Shown one piece after another: positions 19,128 through 29,312 of a DNA stretch of 64,000 nt. The notes under the pieces were generated by a model, which searched no databases, was not told the DNA's origin, and saw nothing but the letters and a program-made list of their open reading frames with translations. The position numbers were made by a program, and so were the translations under genes. The DNA lies in IMG/VR virus record IMGVR_UViG_3300007712_000002, positions 1-64,000 of that record. The stretch is one strand, 5' to 3'. How positions within the stretch are numbered: position 1 is the first letter of the stretch; the number at the start of each line of letters is the position of its first letter. Origin of the DNA: a virus.

Positions 19128-19546
19128 GATTATTTGAGCTATTCGACTACAAGGCAGATTTTTGGGATAAGACTGTTGATACATTCGATAACCAGTTTTA
19201 TGAAACTTATATCGACAACGATCATATTGAACTAATGTATCAAAGCAGCGGCAGCAGTTCAGAAGATTGGACGGTGGCCTTTAAAAGAAACAAAAAAACA
19301 ACACAAACACATGAGGGCAATGCCAACAAAATATTCTCAGCAGTAATTAATCATATGTTAGAGTGGGTTGAACAAAATCAGCCACACACTCTTACATTTA
19401 GTGGTGATAAAGGCGAGTCATCTCGAACAAATTTATACTCTAGAATGCTTGATCGTTACGCAGGAAAAATGGGATACCGCGTTGTAACTGAAGATTTGGG
19501 AACAGCGGTATATTTTATATTAGTGAAAAATAACCAAGACACATAA
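19124..19546 (+). CDS. Hypothetical protein with tag 2 leader
   Basis: MRLFELFD; F.GDK..SRTNLYSRML. Confidence 0.6.
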   Translation: MRLFELFDYKADFWDKTVDTFDNQFYETYIDNDHIELMYQSSGSSSEDWTVAFKRNKKTTQTHEGNANKIFSAVINHMLEWVEQNQPHTLTFSGDKGESSRTNLYSRMLDRYAGKMGYRVVTEDLGTAVYFILVKNNQDT

Positions 19547-19570
19547 ATACCATAATAGCAGGAGATTCCT

Positions 19571-20080
19571 ATGACCAAGAACCTAGGGCAATATTTGGCA
19601 GAAAATGAAGCGGTCCACGAATTTCGTGTGAAGATTGCTAGAGAACCAACTGATGAGCAGCTCGACGCAATGGAGTTGCACCTAAGAAAGTATGACGGCT
19701 TTGATATCACAACGCCAAAGAAAACAATTATACAGCGTAATCCACGTGATTTCCGCAGTATTGATGCCGCAGAGGTTTACATGGTCGACTTCAAAACGCG
19801 TCAGCCAGCAAGCCCACTTCAGTTGCTTGCTGAACTAACACAAAAAATGGGCATCCATGAACGTTTTCTAATCGTTCGAAACAAGCTAGAGCCTCTACAT
19901 ATTGAAAACGAGGCAGATGAGATGCCAGAAGAGAATTATGAACCACGCCTAACTGACGAAGAATACAGTGAAGTTGAGCAACCCGACCCAGAGCAATTTT
20001 ACGGAGAAAAGTTTAAAGATTCGTTCCTTAAAGAGATTGCCAAAGAGCGTGCAGATCATCTGAAGAAAGCAGAGGACTAA
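19571..20080 (+). CDS. Hypothetical late/virion protein
   Basis: Late promoter CATAAATA at 19542, RBS GGAG; LGQYLAE near N-term. Confidence 0.65.
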   Translation: MTKNLGQYLAENEAVHEFRVKIAREPTDEQLDAMELHLRKYDGFDITTPKKTIIQRNPRDFRSIDAAEVYMVDFKTRQPASPLQLLAELTQKMGIHERFLIVRNKLEPLHIENEADEMPEENYEPRLTDEEYSEVEQPDPEQFYGEKFKDSFLKEIAKERADHLKKAED

Positions 20081-20081
20081 A

Positions 20082-20540
20082 ATGGATAAAACAGAACTCG
20101 ACAGACTACGCCAGCTCGCAGGTAATGAAACAGCAAAAAAATTGCCACAAGACGAGTCAGGACGCAACATGTATCAAATCCGTGACCTAATGGAAGACGC
20201 ACAGGATTCTAAAGAACTCGAAGAAGAAGAAGCGAAACCAGATTTTGCTGATATCGACGGCGATGGTGACGAAAAAGAAACAGCAAAGAAAGCTGCTAAG
20301 GATAAAGAAAAGTCTAAAAAGTCAGCCAAGACCGAACAACAGCAAATGCGTGAATGGTCCAATAGTATCTATAAGCAGTATGATGATCGTGGCCATTATC
20401 AAGAGCCTCCTGAAGGTGAAACAGTTGATTTGAGCCTACGTCGTTATCTCAATGCAGACCCACAAAAAGTTCAGATTGAAGAAGATCATACTGAAGAGGG
20501 TATGCTCAAGGAATACAAGGCACATAAAAAGAAGGGCTAA
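20082..20540 (+). CDS. Charged protein with tag 1 and a DxDxDG loop
   Basis: ELDRLRQLAGNE; KPDFADIDGDGDEKE. Confidence 0.65.
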   Translation: MDKTELDRLRQLAGNETAKKLPQDESGRNMYQIRDLMEDAQDSKELEEEEAKPDFADIDGDGDEKETAKKAAKDKEKSKKSAKTEQQQMREWSNSIYKQYDDRGHYQEPPEGETVDLSLRRYLNADPQKVQIEEDHTEEGMLKEYKAHKKKG

Positions 20541-20586
20541 ACGAGCTCTTCTTTATGGGTCCTGTTTGAATCTGTAAGGAGTAACG

Positions 20587-22146
20587 GTGAATACTGTAAA
20601 TACAGATCTTGTCAAACGCCCGTATCAAGAACAGGCGATGTCACAAAAAGAACTGAGAGAGCTCGCACTTTGCTCAGTTAATCCGTTACATTTCATTAGA
20701 AACTATTGTTATATTCAACATCCAACAAAAGGACGGATGTCTTTCCAGTTGTTTGACTATCAGGAAGGGTTGATCAACAGCTACAATGATTATCGTTATT
20801 CAATCAGCTTGCTTAGTCGCCAGACTGGTAAGTCCACTTGCGCGGCTGCATACTTGCTTTGGTATGCTATGTTTAAGCCGGATAGCACCATATTAGTTGC
20901 TGCTCACAAACGTGACGGTGCACAAGAAATCATGACACGTCTACGTTATATGTATGAAAGTTGCCCAGACTATATTAGGGCTGGCGTAACAGCATATAAT
21001 AAAGGAAGCATTGAATTTGACAACGGTAGTAAAATTGTTGCGCAAGCTACCACAGAAAACACCGGACGTGGTCTTTCACTTTCACTAGTTTACTTGGACG
21101 AATTTGCCTTTGTGCCGCCACGTGTGGCCCAGGAATTTTGGACCAGTATCTCACCAACATTGAGTACTGGTGGTAAGTGTATTATTACCTCAACACCCAA
21201 CCAAGATGACGACCAATTTGCTCAAATCTGGAAGCAAGCTAATCGTCGCGTTGATGAGTTTGGTAATGAAACAGAAACAGGCGTAAATGGTTTCCGTCCA
21301 TATATTGTTAAGTGGGATCAACATCCAGATCGCGATCAAGAATGGGCAACGAACGAAAGATCCAAAATTGGCGATGAACGATTTCGCCGTGAGCATGAAT
21401 GTGAATTCATTGCGTTCGATGAAACTCTTATCAATTCTATTTTCCTCTCCGAAATGGACCTCGGCATGGAGCCACTGCGTCGAAGCGGCCAGATCCGATG
21501 GTATGATGCAATTCGTGATGAGCAAACCTATCTAGTGGCACTAGATCCAAGCCTAGGAACGGGCGGCGACCCTTCTGCTATTCAAGTATTTGCTATACCT
21601 GGCATGCGTCAGATTGGCGAATGGCAACACAATAAGACTCCAGTCCAAGGTCAAATCAAAGTATTAAAAAGTATTTTGGAAGAGCTTGAAGATGCTGCAC
21701 CGAATAGTGAAATCTACTACAGTGTAGAAAACAATACATTAGGTGAAGCCGCCCTAGTTTCTATCGAAGAAATGGGTGAAGAAAATCTGCCAGGGATTTT
21801 CCTTAGTGAGCCAAGGCGACGGGGTAACGTAAGAAGATATAGAAAAGGGTTTAACACAACCCACGGCACAAAACTTGCTTCTTGCGCAAAGCTCAAGCGT
21901 TGGGTTGAAGAAGAAACAATGAAGGTTCGCAGCAAGAACCTTACTCGCGAACTCAAAACTTTTGTAGCAAAGGGAAACAGCTATGCAGCAAAGGACGGGG
22001 ATACAGACGATCTTGTCATGTCAACCCTCCTTGCTGTTCGCATGGCCATGCAAGTTGCCAAATATGATGAGGACGCATTCACTGATCTCAAGGATAGTTT
22101 TGATGATGCTGAACTAAGACGACCCATGCCCATCGGAATATTGTGA
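20587..22146 (+). CDS. terL: Terminase large subunit (gp17-like)
   Basis: SRQTGKST Walker A, YLDEFAF, ITSTPN, LDPSLGTGGD, DDLVM. Confidence 0.95.
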   Translation: MNTVNTDLVKRPYQEQAMSQKELRELALCSVNPLHFIRNYCYIQHPTKGRMSFQLFDYQEGLINSYNDYRYSISLLSRQTGKSTCAAAYLLWYAMFKPDSTILVAAHKRDGAQEIMTRLRYMYESCPDYIRAGVTAYNKGSIEFDNGSKIVAQATTENTGRGLSLSLVYLDEFAFVPPRVAQEFWTSISPTLSTGGKCIITSTPNQDDDQFAQIWKQANRRVDEFGNETETGVNGFRPYIVKWDQHPDRDQEWATNERSKIGDERFRREHECEFIAFDETLINSIFLSEMDLGMEPLRRSGQIRWYDAIRDEQTYLVALDPSLGTGGDPSAIQVFAIPGMRQIGEWQHNKTPVQGQIKVLKSILEELEDAAPNSEIYYSVENNTLGEAALVSIEEMGEENLPGIFLSEPRRRGNVRRYRKGFNTTHGTKLASCAKLKRWVEEETMKVRSKNLTRELKTFVAKGNSYAAKDGDTDDLVMSTLLAVRMAMQVAKYDEDAFTDLKDSFDDAELRRPMPIGIL

Positions 22147-22589
22147 TGAGATATCGACATCTATTTGAAAATAACGACATACAGATGAAAATCATGCCGG
22201 GAAATGATCTAGCTCTTTTCATTTCCCGTAACCAAGATGTCAATCAGGATACATTTGAAAGGCTACGCTATCTTCATGTAAATGAAATGGATAAAGAAAT
22301 ACACATTGCTCATTTTGATGGGCAACGAGTTGTATCAAGTCTAGCATTACAAATAAATCCATATGACAATGATGAACTATGGCTCAAGCACGTCATTGTT
22401 GATGAAGATTATCGTAATCGTGGACTCGCAAGTGAGCTATATCAAGCCGCTGCGGATTATGCTAGAGAAAAGAACAAAGCTATCAAACGTAGCAGTTCAA
22501 CAAAAATGGGTCAGGAATATCTATCACACGTTGTTGATCGCGTCAAGAGAAGAAACCCTAATGTTAAAATAATAGATCAGGATAAATAA
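22143..22589 (+). CDS. GNAT acetyltransferase with tag 2 leader
   Basis: VIVDEDYRNRGLASELY; N-term MRYRHLFE. Confidence 0.8.
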   Translation: MMRYRHLFENNDIQMKIMPGNDLALFISRNQDVNQDTFERLRYLHVNEMDKEIHIAHFDGQRVVSSLALQINPYDNDELWLKHVIVDEDYRNRGLASELYQAAADYAREKNKAIKRSSSTKMGQEYLSHVVDRVKRRNPNVKIIDQDK

Positions 22590-22593
22590 CAGT

Positions 22594-25251
22594 ATGGCAA
22601 GTTCAATTGAGCATATTTCAGAACAGATATTCAAAATCATTAAGGGTTTTGGTCACGATATTGTATTGTTCACAGAAAGCGGCAAAAAGGTTGTAGATCC
22701 ATCTGAAGCCCGCCGCTTCTATGCTAAGGATATCCAGATGATGGTTAACTTTGTTGCTGATGAATCATCTAATGAAATTGTTGTTAATTTGTCCAAGGAC
22801 ACAGAACCCAAGGACATCGCAGCAATGCTCAAGGGACTACGTAACCTAGCCAATCGTTATATTATTGAATACACAGTTAAGACATTTGGCAAATCAATTG
22901 GACCCAAGGATTTCGCATACATGGCAAAAAACAAGGTAGAAGAAGCAGCAAAACCGCTGGGTGGAAAATTCAAAGTAGGACAACGTGTTCTTCCAAGCAA
23001 AAGTAGCAGCAATGTAATGACAATCACTGGTTTTGACCGCGTTGAATATATGGGTAAAATGAAAACATTTGCTGACGGGAAAGATGACAAAGGAAGAACA
23101 ATGCGCCGCCCGTTAAACACATTGATTCCTGTAGATGAATCAGTAAATGAAGCACGAGAGATGACGCGAGCAGCAGTCATGAAAAAGATTCGCGATGGAG
23201 AATGGGAAGCAACGCAGGATGTCAAGCCAGGCAAGCACTGTGAGATTCGCAATACTACAAATGGAAAGAAGATGCAGATCATGGTTAAAGAACACACAGG
23301 CACTCAGCAATCATTTGATCTAAAGGGTGGTTCGGCTATTCATCCAAGCTGGCAGGTATATTTCAAAGGAAAAGCAAGTATTGGAAATCCCAAGACTTGG
23401 GCGGCAGAGCTCTATAAGGAACATAAAGGTGAGCCAATCACTCGTGCAACAATTAAAAAGAAGTGGAAGGAAAATGAAGAACTTAGTTTTTCAGATCGTC
23501 TTTTGTTCAAGCCAAATTATGATGCAATCCTATCCTACTATGAAATGATTCATGATGGACAACCAGATCCATCACGGGTCAAGGAGAATGTGAAAATGGA
23601 AGATATTAAACCAGGCCAGAATTGTGAAATCCGCGACGCAAAAAACAATAAGAGGGTTAAGGTTATGACTAAAGAATCAAGTTGGGGTGGTGCACAAGCC
23701 GAAGGCACTGTAAAGAAATTGAAGGATGGCGGCTGGTGGGCAAAAAACCAAGAAGGCACGATGAAAACATTCAAAGACCATGTTCACGCCAAAAGGTTTG
23801 CTAAGACAGGTGATCCTGAAAATGCACCAGACCGTGTTGATGAGACAGATCAATTAAATGAATTGACACCACGACAGAAAGCTATGAAGCAAGGTGCAAT
23901 TACGGATCCTGTATGGAGAAATAATCCTCATGCCGGTTCATATCCAGCTACTGCTGGTCGTATCCGCAGGGGCGATCCGAAAGATCAAGATGAGAGATCA
24001 CAAAAACGTGCTGCTCAGGTATTGAAAACAAAAGGTTCAACAGCACCATATAATCATGGAGTTGACGCCGGCGATAAGCTAAGGCAAAAACGATACAAGG
24101 CTGATCAGAAAACATACATGAATTTTGATAAACGAATAAGAGATGTAAAAGGACCCGGATCAGATGCAGATCGTGCAGAAAACAGAGGGTTTACACGAAG
24201 ATTTAAGAAAAAACGAGATCTTGATGGGGTTGATCCTACAGCCAGACCAGTTGGCAAGTTGCCTGAATCAGTTAGTGAGGGCTTCAGCGGCTGGCACGGA
24301 TCAGCACGTAAAAGCGTTAACGAACTAGGAGACGCTCGTCTCATTGTTCGTCATAAGCGCAATGTAGATGAAGAAAAGCGTGGCGCAAGAACACGGCAGA
24401 TCGAAAGCATCTTCATTGAAAATAGTGAAGGCGAACGTTTCAAGTTTCCAAGCAACAATATCACCGCTGCAAAAGCCATGGCCCGCCATGTTAAGGAAGG
24501 CGGTACGCCGTTTGATGACTTTGGACAGCACATTTACGAAACAATGGAAGAGCTCAATCAGCTCAAGAAGTTCAATCGTAAAAATCGTCGAAATGACTTT
24601 TTTGAAGACCAACAGATAGGCGAAGAAATCACATCACGTATCAGTGGTTTGCGCAATAACCTCAAGAAGATGGCTAACCCAACTGGTTACAAGACACAAC
24701 TGGAAAGCTTCACAACGGAAAAAAGCGAAGTGCCGCAAGAGCGTATTGACGAACTCAAAAGTGAAACCACAATGACATATTTTGATGAAAGCATCGCAGA
24801 CAGTCTTCCTTATGTTGCACGGGTTATTGAAACATACCGCAATCGTCAAGAACTAGAGCAGCAGGTTGTATCACTTGCGCGTTATGTAATGAAAAACAAA
24901 GACGACATTTACTTCAATCGTGAGGTTGATTTTGATGATCCAGAATCACCAACCAACCAGAGATTCAACGACCCAGCAACTGAAGTCGCAGCAATGGTAG
25001 ACTTTTTGGCGCCAGCCGTCAAGGATGATGAACTCAGCAACATGATGATGAAAGTATCAGATGCAGTTCATGATCTTGGTGGAAAATACATCAACATGGC
25101 CATGCAGGCAATCAACGTTATCAAGCGCGCCGGTCAAGTTGACGAGCAACAGCTTGAGTCTGATAGTGAAAATGTTTACGAGACTGAGCTTGATGCTATC
25201 AACGAGACTTTGAACCGTTACAGTGATACTCGCAAACTCTTCGGCGCATGA
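22594..25251 (+). CDS. Large late/virion protein with modular central region
   Basis: 885 aa after late promoter at 22581; many h-x-E sites and an internal repeat. Confidence 0.65.
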   Translation: MASSIEHISEQIFKIIKGFGHDIVLFTESGKKVVDPSEARRFYAKDIQMMVNFVADESSNEIVVNLSKDTEPKDIAAMLKGLRNLANRYIIEYTVKTFGKSIGPKDFAYMAKNKVEEAAKPLGGKFKVGQRVLPSKSSSNVMTITGFDRVEYMGKMKTFADGKDDKGRTMRRPLNTLIPVDESVNEAREMTRAAVMKKIRDGEWEATQDVKPGKHCEIRNTTNGKKMQIMVKEHTGTQQSFDLKGGSAIHPSWQVYFKGKASIGNPKTWAAELYKEHKGEPITRATIKKKWKENEELSFSDRLLFKPNYDAILSYYEMIHDGQPDPSRVKENVKMEDIKPGQNCEIRDAKNNKRVKVMTKESSWGGAQAEGTVKKLKDGGWWAKNQEGTMKTFKDHVHAKRFAKTGDPENAPDRVDETDQLNELTPRQKAMKQGAITDPVWRNNPHAGSYPATAGRIRRGDPKDQDERSQKRAAQVLKTKGSTAPYNHGVDAGDKLRQKRYKADQKTYMNFDKRIRDVKGPGSDADRAENRGFTRRFKKKRDLDGVDPTARPVGKLPESVSEGFSGWHGSARKSVNELGDARLIVRHKRNVDEEKRGARTRQIESIFIENSEGERFKFPSNNITAAKAMARHVKEGGTPFDDFGQHIYETMEELNQLKKFNRKNRRNDFFEDQQIGEEITSRISGLRNNLKKMANPTGYKTQLESFTTEKSEVPQERIDELKSETTMTYFDESIADSLPYVARVIETYRNRQELEQQVVSLARYVMKNKDDIYFNREVDFDDPESPTNQRFNDPATEVAAMVDFLAPAVKDDELSNMMMKVSDAVHDLGGKYINMAMQAINVIKRAGQVDEQQLESDSENVYETELDAINETLNRYSDTRKLFGA

Positions 25252-25907
25252 GACTACATCAAATAACTGAAGGCAGAGACGCACCCCTATATCATGGGGT
25301 GCGTTTCGATCATGCAGCAAAGCAACTAAAAGAAAATCGAATCGAAGGTAGAACAACTCAGAGATTCTGGCCTGGTGGTAGACGATTGAAAGACGATCAT
25401 CCTGAATATAAAGATAGCTTTTGGCTCAAAGGTGTTAGCCTTACACGCGACATCAATTATGCCAAGCATTGGGCAGATATCGTTTATGTTATAGATCAAA
25501 CAAAACTGTCACAACGTTACAAGATTATACCTTTCAACTGGGGCTATGCTAACGCTAAATCAAGAGGACAACATCACAAACGTGAACGTGAAGAATTTGT
25601 CGTGCTTGGTAAGATTTACAAAAGCCTTCATCAATTCATTGAAGATTATAATGACGAAAGAGATGCACTCTGGGACAAATATGATGAACTATTATATCGT
25701 GGTCAGAAAGAAGCCGCTGAAAAAATCAAACAGCAAATTCGCGATATGCCTAATGCAATGGATGCATGGCAAGGACCAGTCAAGACCAATATTGAACCGC
25801 TAGATCAATACCTACTAGAGATCCGTGCTGACAAAATTCATGATAGATTGAATGCTAAAAAGTTTGAGATTATCAAGTCTCATCCTAAGTTCGCAGGATT
25901 TTTCTGA
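25248..25907 (+). CDS. Putative ADP-ribosyltransferase-fold protein with tag 2 leader
   Basis: PLYHG...GVSLTRD...EREE in ART H-S-E order; N-term MRLHQITE. Confidence 0.5.
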   Translation: MRLHQITEGRDAPLYHGVRFDHAAKQLKENRIEGRTTQRFWPGGRRLKDDHPEYKDSFWLKGVSLTRDINYAKHWADIVYVIDQTKLSQRYKIIPFNWGYANAKSRGQHHKREREEFVVLGKIYKSLHQFIEDYNDERDALWDKYDELLYRGQKEAAEKIKQQIRDMPNAMDAWQGPVKTNIEPLDQYLLEIRADKIHDRLNAKKFEIIKSHPKFAGFF

Positions 25908-25938
25908 TAAATAAATGTGCACGGAAATCAAAGAGTTA

Positions 25939-25967
25939 TTGACACTCAGTGGTTTTTTGTGTATATT
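25939..25967 (+). promoter_or_regulatory. Sigma70-type promoter of SSB-UvsX operon
   Basis: TTGACA-17 bp-TATATT. Confidence 0.75.
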
Positions 25968-26054
25968 CAAGGAGTTAGCTTTAACTTGCTTGTCTCGAAA
26001 CTAACATGAGCCGGATTACCGGTAACAAACATAGGCTAATATAGGAGAAATACA

Positions 26055-27059
26055 ATGTCAACACTCGCAGAAATTCGTGCGAAACTGCTCGAGCAGGAGC
26101 AGAGTAAAGGTGGGAAAAAATTTGGTGGCGATAACCAGATATACCCACACTGGAACACCCCGGAAAATGAAACAAGCGTGATTCGTTTCCTCCCAGATGG
26201 AGATGACGATAACGATTTCTTCTGGCGCGAACGTCAGATGATCAATCTCACATTCAGTGGAATCAAAGGACAGGACGAAGCAAAGCCTGTCACTATCAAG
26301 GTTCCTTGTGTTGAGATGTGGAGTGGCATGAAGTGCCCTGTCCACGAAGAGATTCGTCCTTGGTTCAAGGACCCCAGCATGGAAGACATGGCTCGCAAGT
26401 ATTGGAAGAAGCGCAGTTATCTATACCAAGGTTTGGTCGTTAACAGTGCATTCACTGAAGAAGAAACACCGGAAAATCCCATCCGTCGTTTTGTCATTAG
26501 CACACAGATCCATAACATTATCAAGAGTGCTCTAATGGATCCAGACTTTGGCGATCATCTTCCAACTGATTATGATCAAGGTGTTGACTTCCGCATCACA
26601 AAGACCAAGAAGGGTCAGTATGCTGATTACACTACAAGCAACTGGGCACGTAAGGAACGTAGCCTAGATCAGGATGAGCGTGATGCTATCACAGAGCATG
26701 GACTGTTCAGCCTGAATGATTTCTTGCCCAAGCGTCCAACAGAAGAAGATCTAAACATCATCTTCCAGATGTTTGAAGCAAGCGTTGACGGAGAGCTCTA
26801 CGACCCAGAACGTTTCGCAGACTATTACCGTCCATACGGCATGGATGCACCCAATAGCGGAGCAAGCGACCGTGCCGCAAAAGCCTCTACGCCCAAAGCC
26901 GAACCTGCCGCGGCTAAAAGCGTGGAGACCCGAGCCGAAGATTCAGAGGAGGCCACAGCGGCAACAGCACCTGTGGAAACTCCAGAAGAATCTTCTGGCG
27001 GAGGCAAGCATGCGAAGGATATTCTCGCAGCCATCCGAGCTCGTAAAGAGGCCGGTTAA
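26055..27059 (+). CDS. gp32: Single-stranded DNA-binding protein (T4 gp32-like)
   Basis: IRFLPD, VPC.EM...CPV, YWKKRSY, DF.ITK..KG.YADY..S. Confidence 0.85.
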   Translation: MSTLAEIRAKLLEQEQSKGGKKFGGDNQIYPHWNTPENETSVIRFLPDGDDDNDFFWRERQMINLTFSGIKGQDEAKPVTIKVPCVEMWSGMKCPVHEEIRPWFKDPSMEDMARKYWKKRSYLYQGLVVNSAFTEEETPENPIRRFVISTQIHNIIKSALMDPDFGDHLPTDYDQGVDFRITKTKKGQYADYTTSNWARKERSLDQDERDAITEHGLFSLNDFLPKRPTEEDLNIIFQMFEASVDGELYDPERFADYYRPYGMDAPNSGASDRAAKASTPKAEPAAAKSVETRAEDSEEATAATAPVETPEESSGGGKHAKDILAAIRARKEAG

Positions 27060-27076
27060 TTTCACACTCAAACCCA

Positions 27077-27103
27077 GGACGGGCCATTAGGCCCGTCCAT
27101 TTT
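27077..27103 (+). terminator. Hairpin/terminator
   Basis: GGACGGGCC-ATTA-GGCCCGTCC-ATTTT. Confidence 0.7.
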
Positions 27104-27122
27104 GCCAACTGAGGAGAAATAC

Positions 27123-28214
27123 ATGGCACGAGCATTTGATGTAAGCAAATTTAGAAAATCGATTACGAAAAGCGTTACGGGACTGAGTGTAGGCTTCCGT
27201 GACCCAAACACCTGGATTTCAACAGGTAATTACACACTTAACAAACTCATCAGCAATGATTTCCATAAAGGCGTTCCTCTCGGCAAGGTCACAATGCTTG
27301 CAGGTGAAAGCGGCGCTGGCAAGAGCTTTATTGCGGCTGGTAATCTAGTGCGTCACGCACAAGAGCAAGGCATTTATGTCGTGTTGATTGATAGTGAAAA
27401 CGCATTGGATGAAAGCTGGCTACATGCCCTTGGCGTGGACACTGACGAAAACAAGCTGCTCAAGCTTAACATGGCCATGATTGATGATGTTGCGAAAGTT
27501 ATCAGTGATTTTGTTAAGGATTACCGCGCTGAATATGGAGGAGTCGAAGACGAAGACCGACCCAAGATTCTATTTGTAGTAGACAGTTTGGGAATGTTGC
27601 TCACACCAACCGACATCAATCAGTTTGAAAAAGGTGACATGAAAGGTGACATGGGTCGCAAAGCACGCCAACTAAAAGCACTTGTTACTAACTGTGTCAA
27701 TATGTTTGGTGATCTTAACATCGGCATGGTGTGCACAAACCATACATATGCAAGTCAGGACATGTTTGATCCAGATGACAAGATCTCAGGTGGTAGTGGC
27801 ATGATTTATGCAGCTAGTATTGTGGTTGCTATCAAGAAGCTCAAACTCAAAGAAGACGCTGAAGGCAACAAGACAAGCAAAGTTCACGGCATCCGCGCAG
27901 CCTGTAAGGTTGTCAAAAGCCGTTACAGCAAACCATTTGAAAGTGTTCAAGTCAGGATACCTTGGGACACTGGCATGGATCCATACAGCGGCCTTGTTGA
28001 TTTCTTTGAAGCACATGACTTGCTCAAGAAAACTGGTAACAAGCTGGAATATATTAGCCCAGCCACTGGTGAAGTCACCAAGGAATTCCGTAAGCATTGG
28101 GAAGCCAATACTAACAGTTGCTTGGATGTGATCATGGAAGAATTCGACCAACATGAAATCAAGTTGGAAGACGATGATGATCAAGAGTTTGAAGATCAAT
28201 CAACAGAATCATAA
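27123..28214 (+). CDS. uvsX: RecA-like recombinase UvsX
   Basis: AGESGAGKS, IDSENA, VVDSLG, KSR; ATG 27123 with RBS GAGGAG. Confidence 0.92.
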   Translation: MARAFDVSKFRKSITKSVTGLSVGFRDPNTWISTGNYTLNKLISNDFHKGVPLGKVTMLAGESGAGKSFIAAGNLVRHAQEQGIYVVLIDSENALDESWLHALGVDTDENKLLKLNMAMIDDVAKVISDFVKDYRAEYGGVEDEDRPKILFVVDSLGMLLTPTDINQFEKGDMKGDMGRKARQLKALVTNCVNMFGDLNIGMVCTNHTYASQDMFDPDDKISGGSGMIYAASIVVAIKKLKLKEDAEGNKTSKVHGIRAACKVVKSRYSKPFESVQVRIPWDTGMDPYSGLVDFFEAHDLLKKTGNKLEYISPATGEVTKEFRKHWEANTNSCLDVIMEEFDQHEIKLEDDDDQEFEDQSTES

Positions 28215-28245
28215 AATATAAATAGACCCGAAATGAGGAATAAAC

Positions 28246-28497
28246 ATGAGTCTACACACTACTGAAGTGGTTGCTCTAGTTGAACTTTGGTCTGGCATAA
28301 AAACCTATGTGCCAGTCAAAGATCAACGCAGCGCAGCGGAACACTTTATTACGTCTATTGACGAGGCGGGCCTTGTTGATCTCAGTGTCGCCGGGCCAGA
28401 ACTATATGGAGTCTGTGATACATTTGACAAGGCACTGCGAACATATGTTCAGGAAAATATGATTGAGGATCAAGACCACGAAGACTGGGATGAATAA
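28246..28497 (+). CDS. Hypothetical protein
   Basis: 83 aa, RBS GAGG, TATAAATA at 28217. Confidence 0.65.
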   Translation: MSLHTTEVVALVELWSGIKTYVPVKDQRSAAEHFITSIDEAGLVDLSVAGPELYGVCDTFDKALRTYVQENMIEDQDHEDWDE

Positions 28498-28958
28498 TGT
28501 CTGGATGGTATAACAAAGTCAAGGACAACTTATCAAATATTGTCCCTGCAATCAGTTATTATGAAAAAGAGCTAGAGGAAGCCCGCAAGGAAACATTCTT
28601 GTCGGGTAACCTCGAAGCGAACAGCAAACGTATACCAGGTGATGTAGCTTATCGCTTTGCTCAGTTACAAGAGGTTGATGCTATCTTGGAATATCTCAAC
28701 ATCGAACTTCGCAAGATACATCGTGAGAAGTATCGCAAATATCTTGAGCACTATAACAAAGCACTCAGCAGCCGTGATGCTGACAAGTTTGCGGAAGGCG
28801 ACCAGGACTACATTGACATGGAGCACTTGGTCAATGAGTTTGCACTCGTCCGCAACAAATATCTAGCCATCATGAAGGGACTGGATAACAAAAGCTTCCA
28901 AATTAACAATATCACCAAGCTTCGCACGGCGGGCATGGAAGATATCAGTCTAGATTGA
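28497..28958 (+). CDS. uvsY: Recombination mediator UvsY-like
   Basis: Helical; YLEHYNKALSSRDA.KF, K.FQINNITKLR.AG; near uvsX. Confidence 0.75.
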   Translation: MSGWYNKVKDNLSNIVPAISYYEKELEEARKETFLSGNLEANSKRIPGDVAYRFAQLQEVDAILEYLNIELRKIHREKYRKYLEHYNKALSSRDADKFAEGDQDYIDMEHLVNEFALVRNKYLAIMKGLDNKSFQINNITKLRTAGMEDISLD

Positions 28959-28983
28959 CATGTTGGCGTCGTTCATGTATAGT
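28955..28983 (+). promoter_or_regulatory. Sigma70-type promoter
   Basis: TTGACA-17 bp-TATAGT. Confidence 0.7.
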
Positions 28984-29008
28984 CAATCAGAAAATAAAGG
29001 ATTCTAAC

Positions 29009-29245
29009 GTGGATAACCTTATCCAAACAATCATGTATCTGCTCATCGGATACCTTGTTGGCATTTGGCTGGCCGCGCCAGGCATTTTTTCCTGGACGGT
29101 GAGTGCAACACAGTGGGGCAACATCTTGGTCTACGTCTACATGTTGTTTTGGCCGTTCATACTTCTCTTCCACTTTGTCTTGTGGATCATCGCTATCGTG
29201 TTGATCTTCATCGTGGTTGCAATGATTTTGGAACGCTACTCCTAA
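29009..29245 (+). CDS. Small membrane protein
   Basis: GTG start after AAGGA; highly hydrophobic. Confidence 0.6.
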   Translation: MDNLIQTIMYLLIGYLVGIWLAAPGIFSWTVSATQWGNILVYVYMLFWPFILLFHFVLWIIAIVLIFIVVAMILERYS

Positions 29246-29260
29246 AAAAGTTGAAAGAGT

Positions 29261-29312
29261 GGTTGACAAACCAAGCTACCTTGCTTATATTGGTAAGGTA
29301 AGCAAAGGAGAT
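29261..29312 (+). promoter_or_regulatory. Early promoter/RBS cassette, copy 3
   Basis: TTGACA(29263)-17 bp-TATATT(29286), GTAAGCAAAGGAGAT. Confidence 0.85.
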
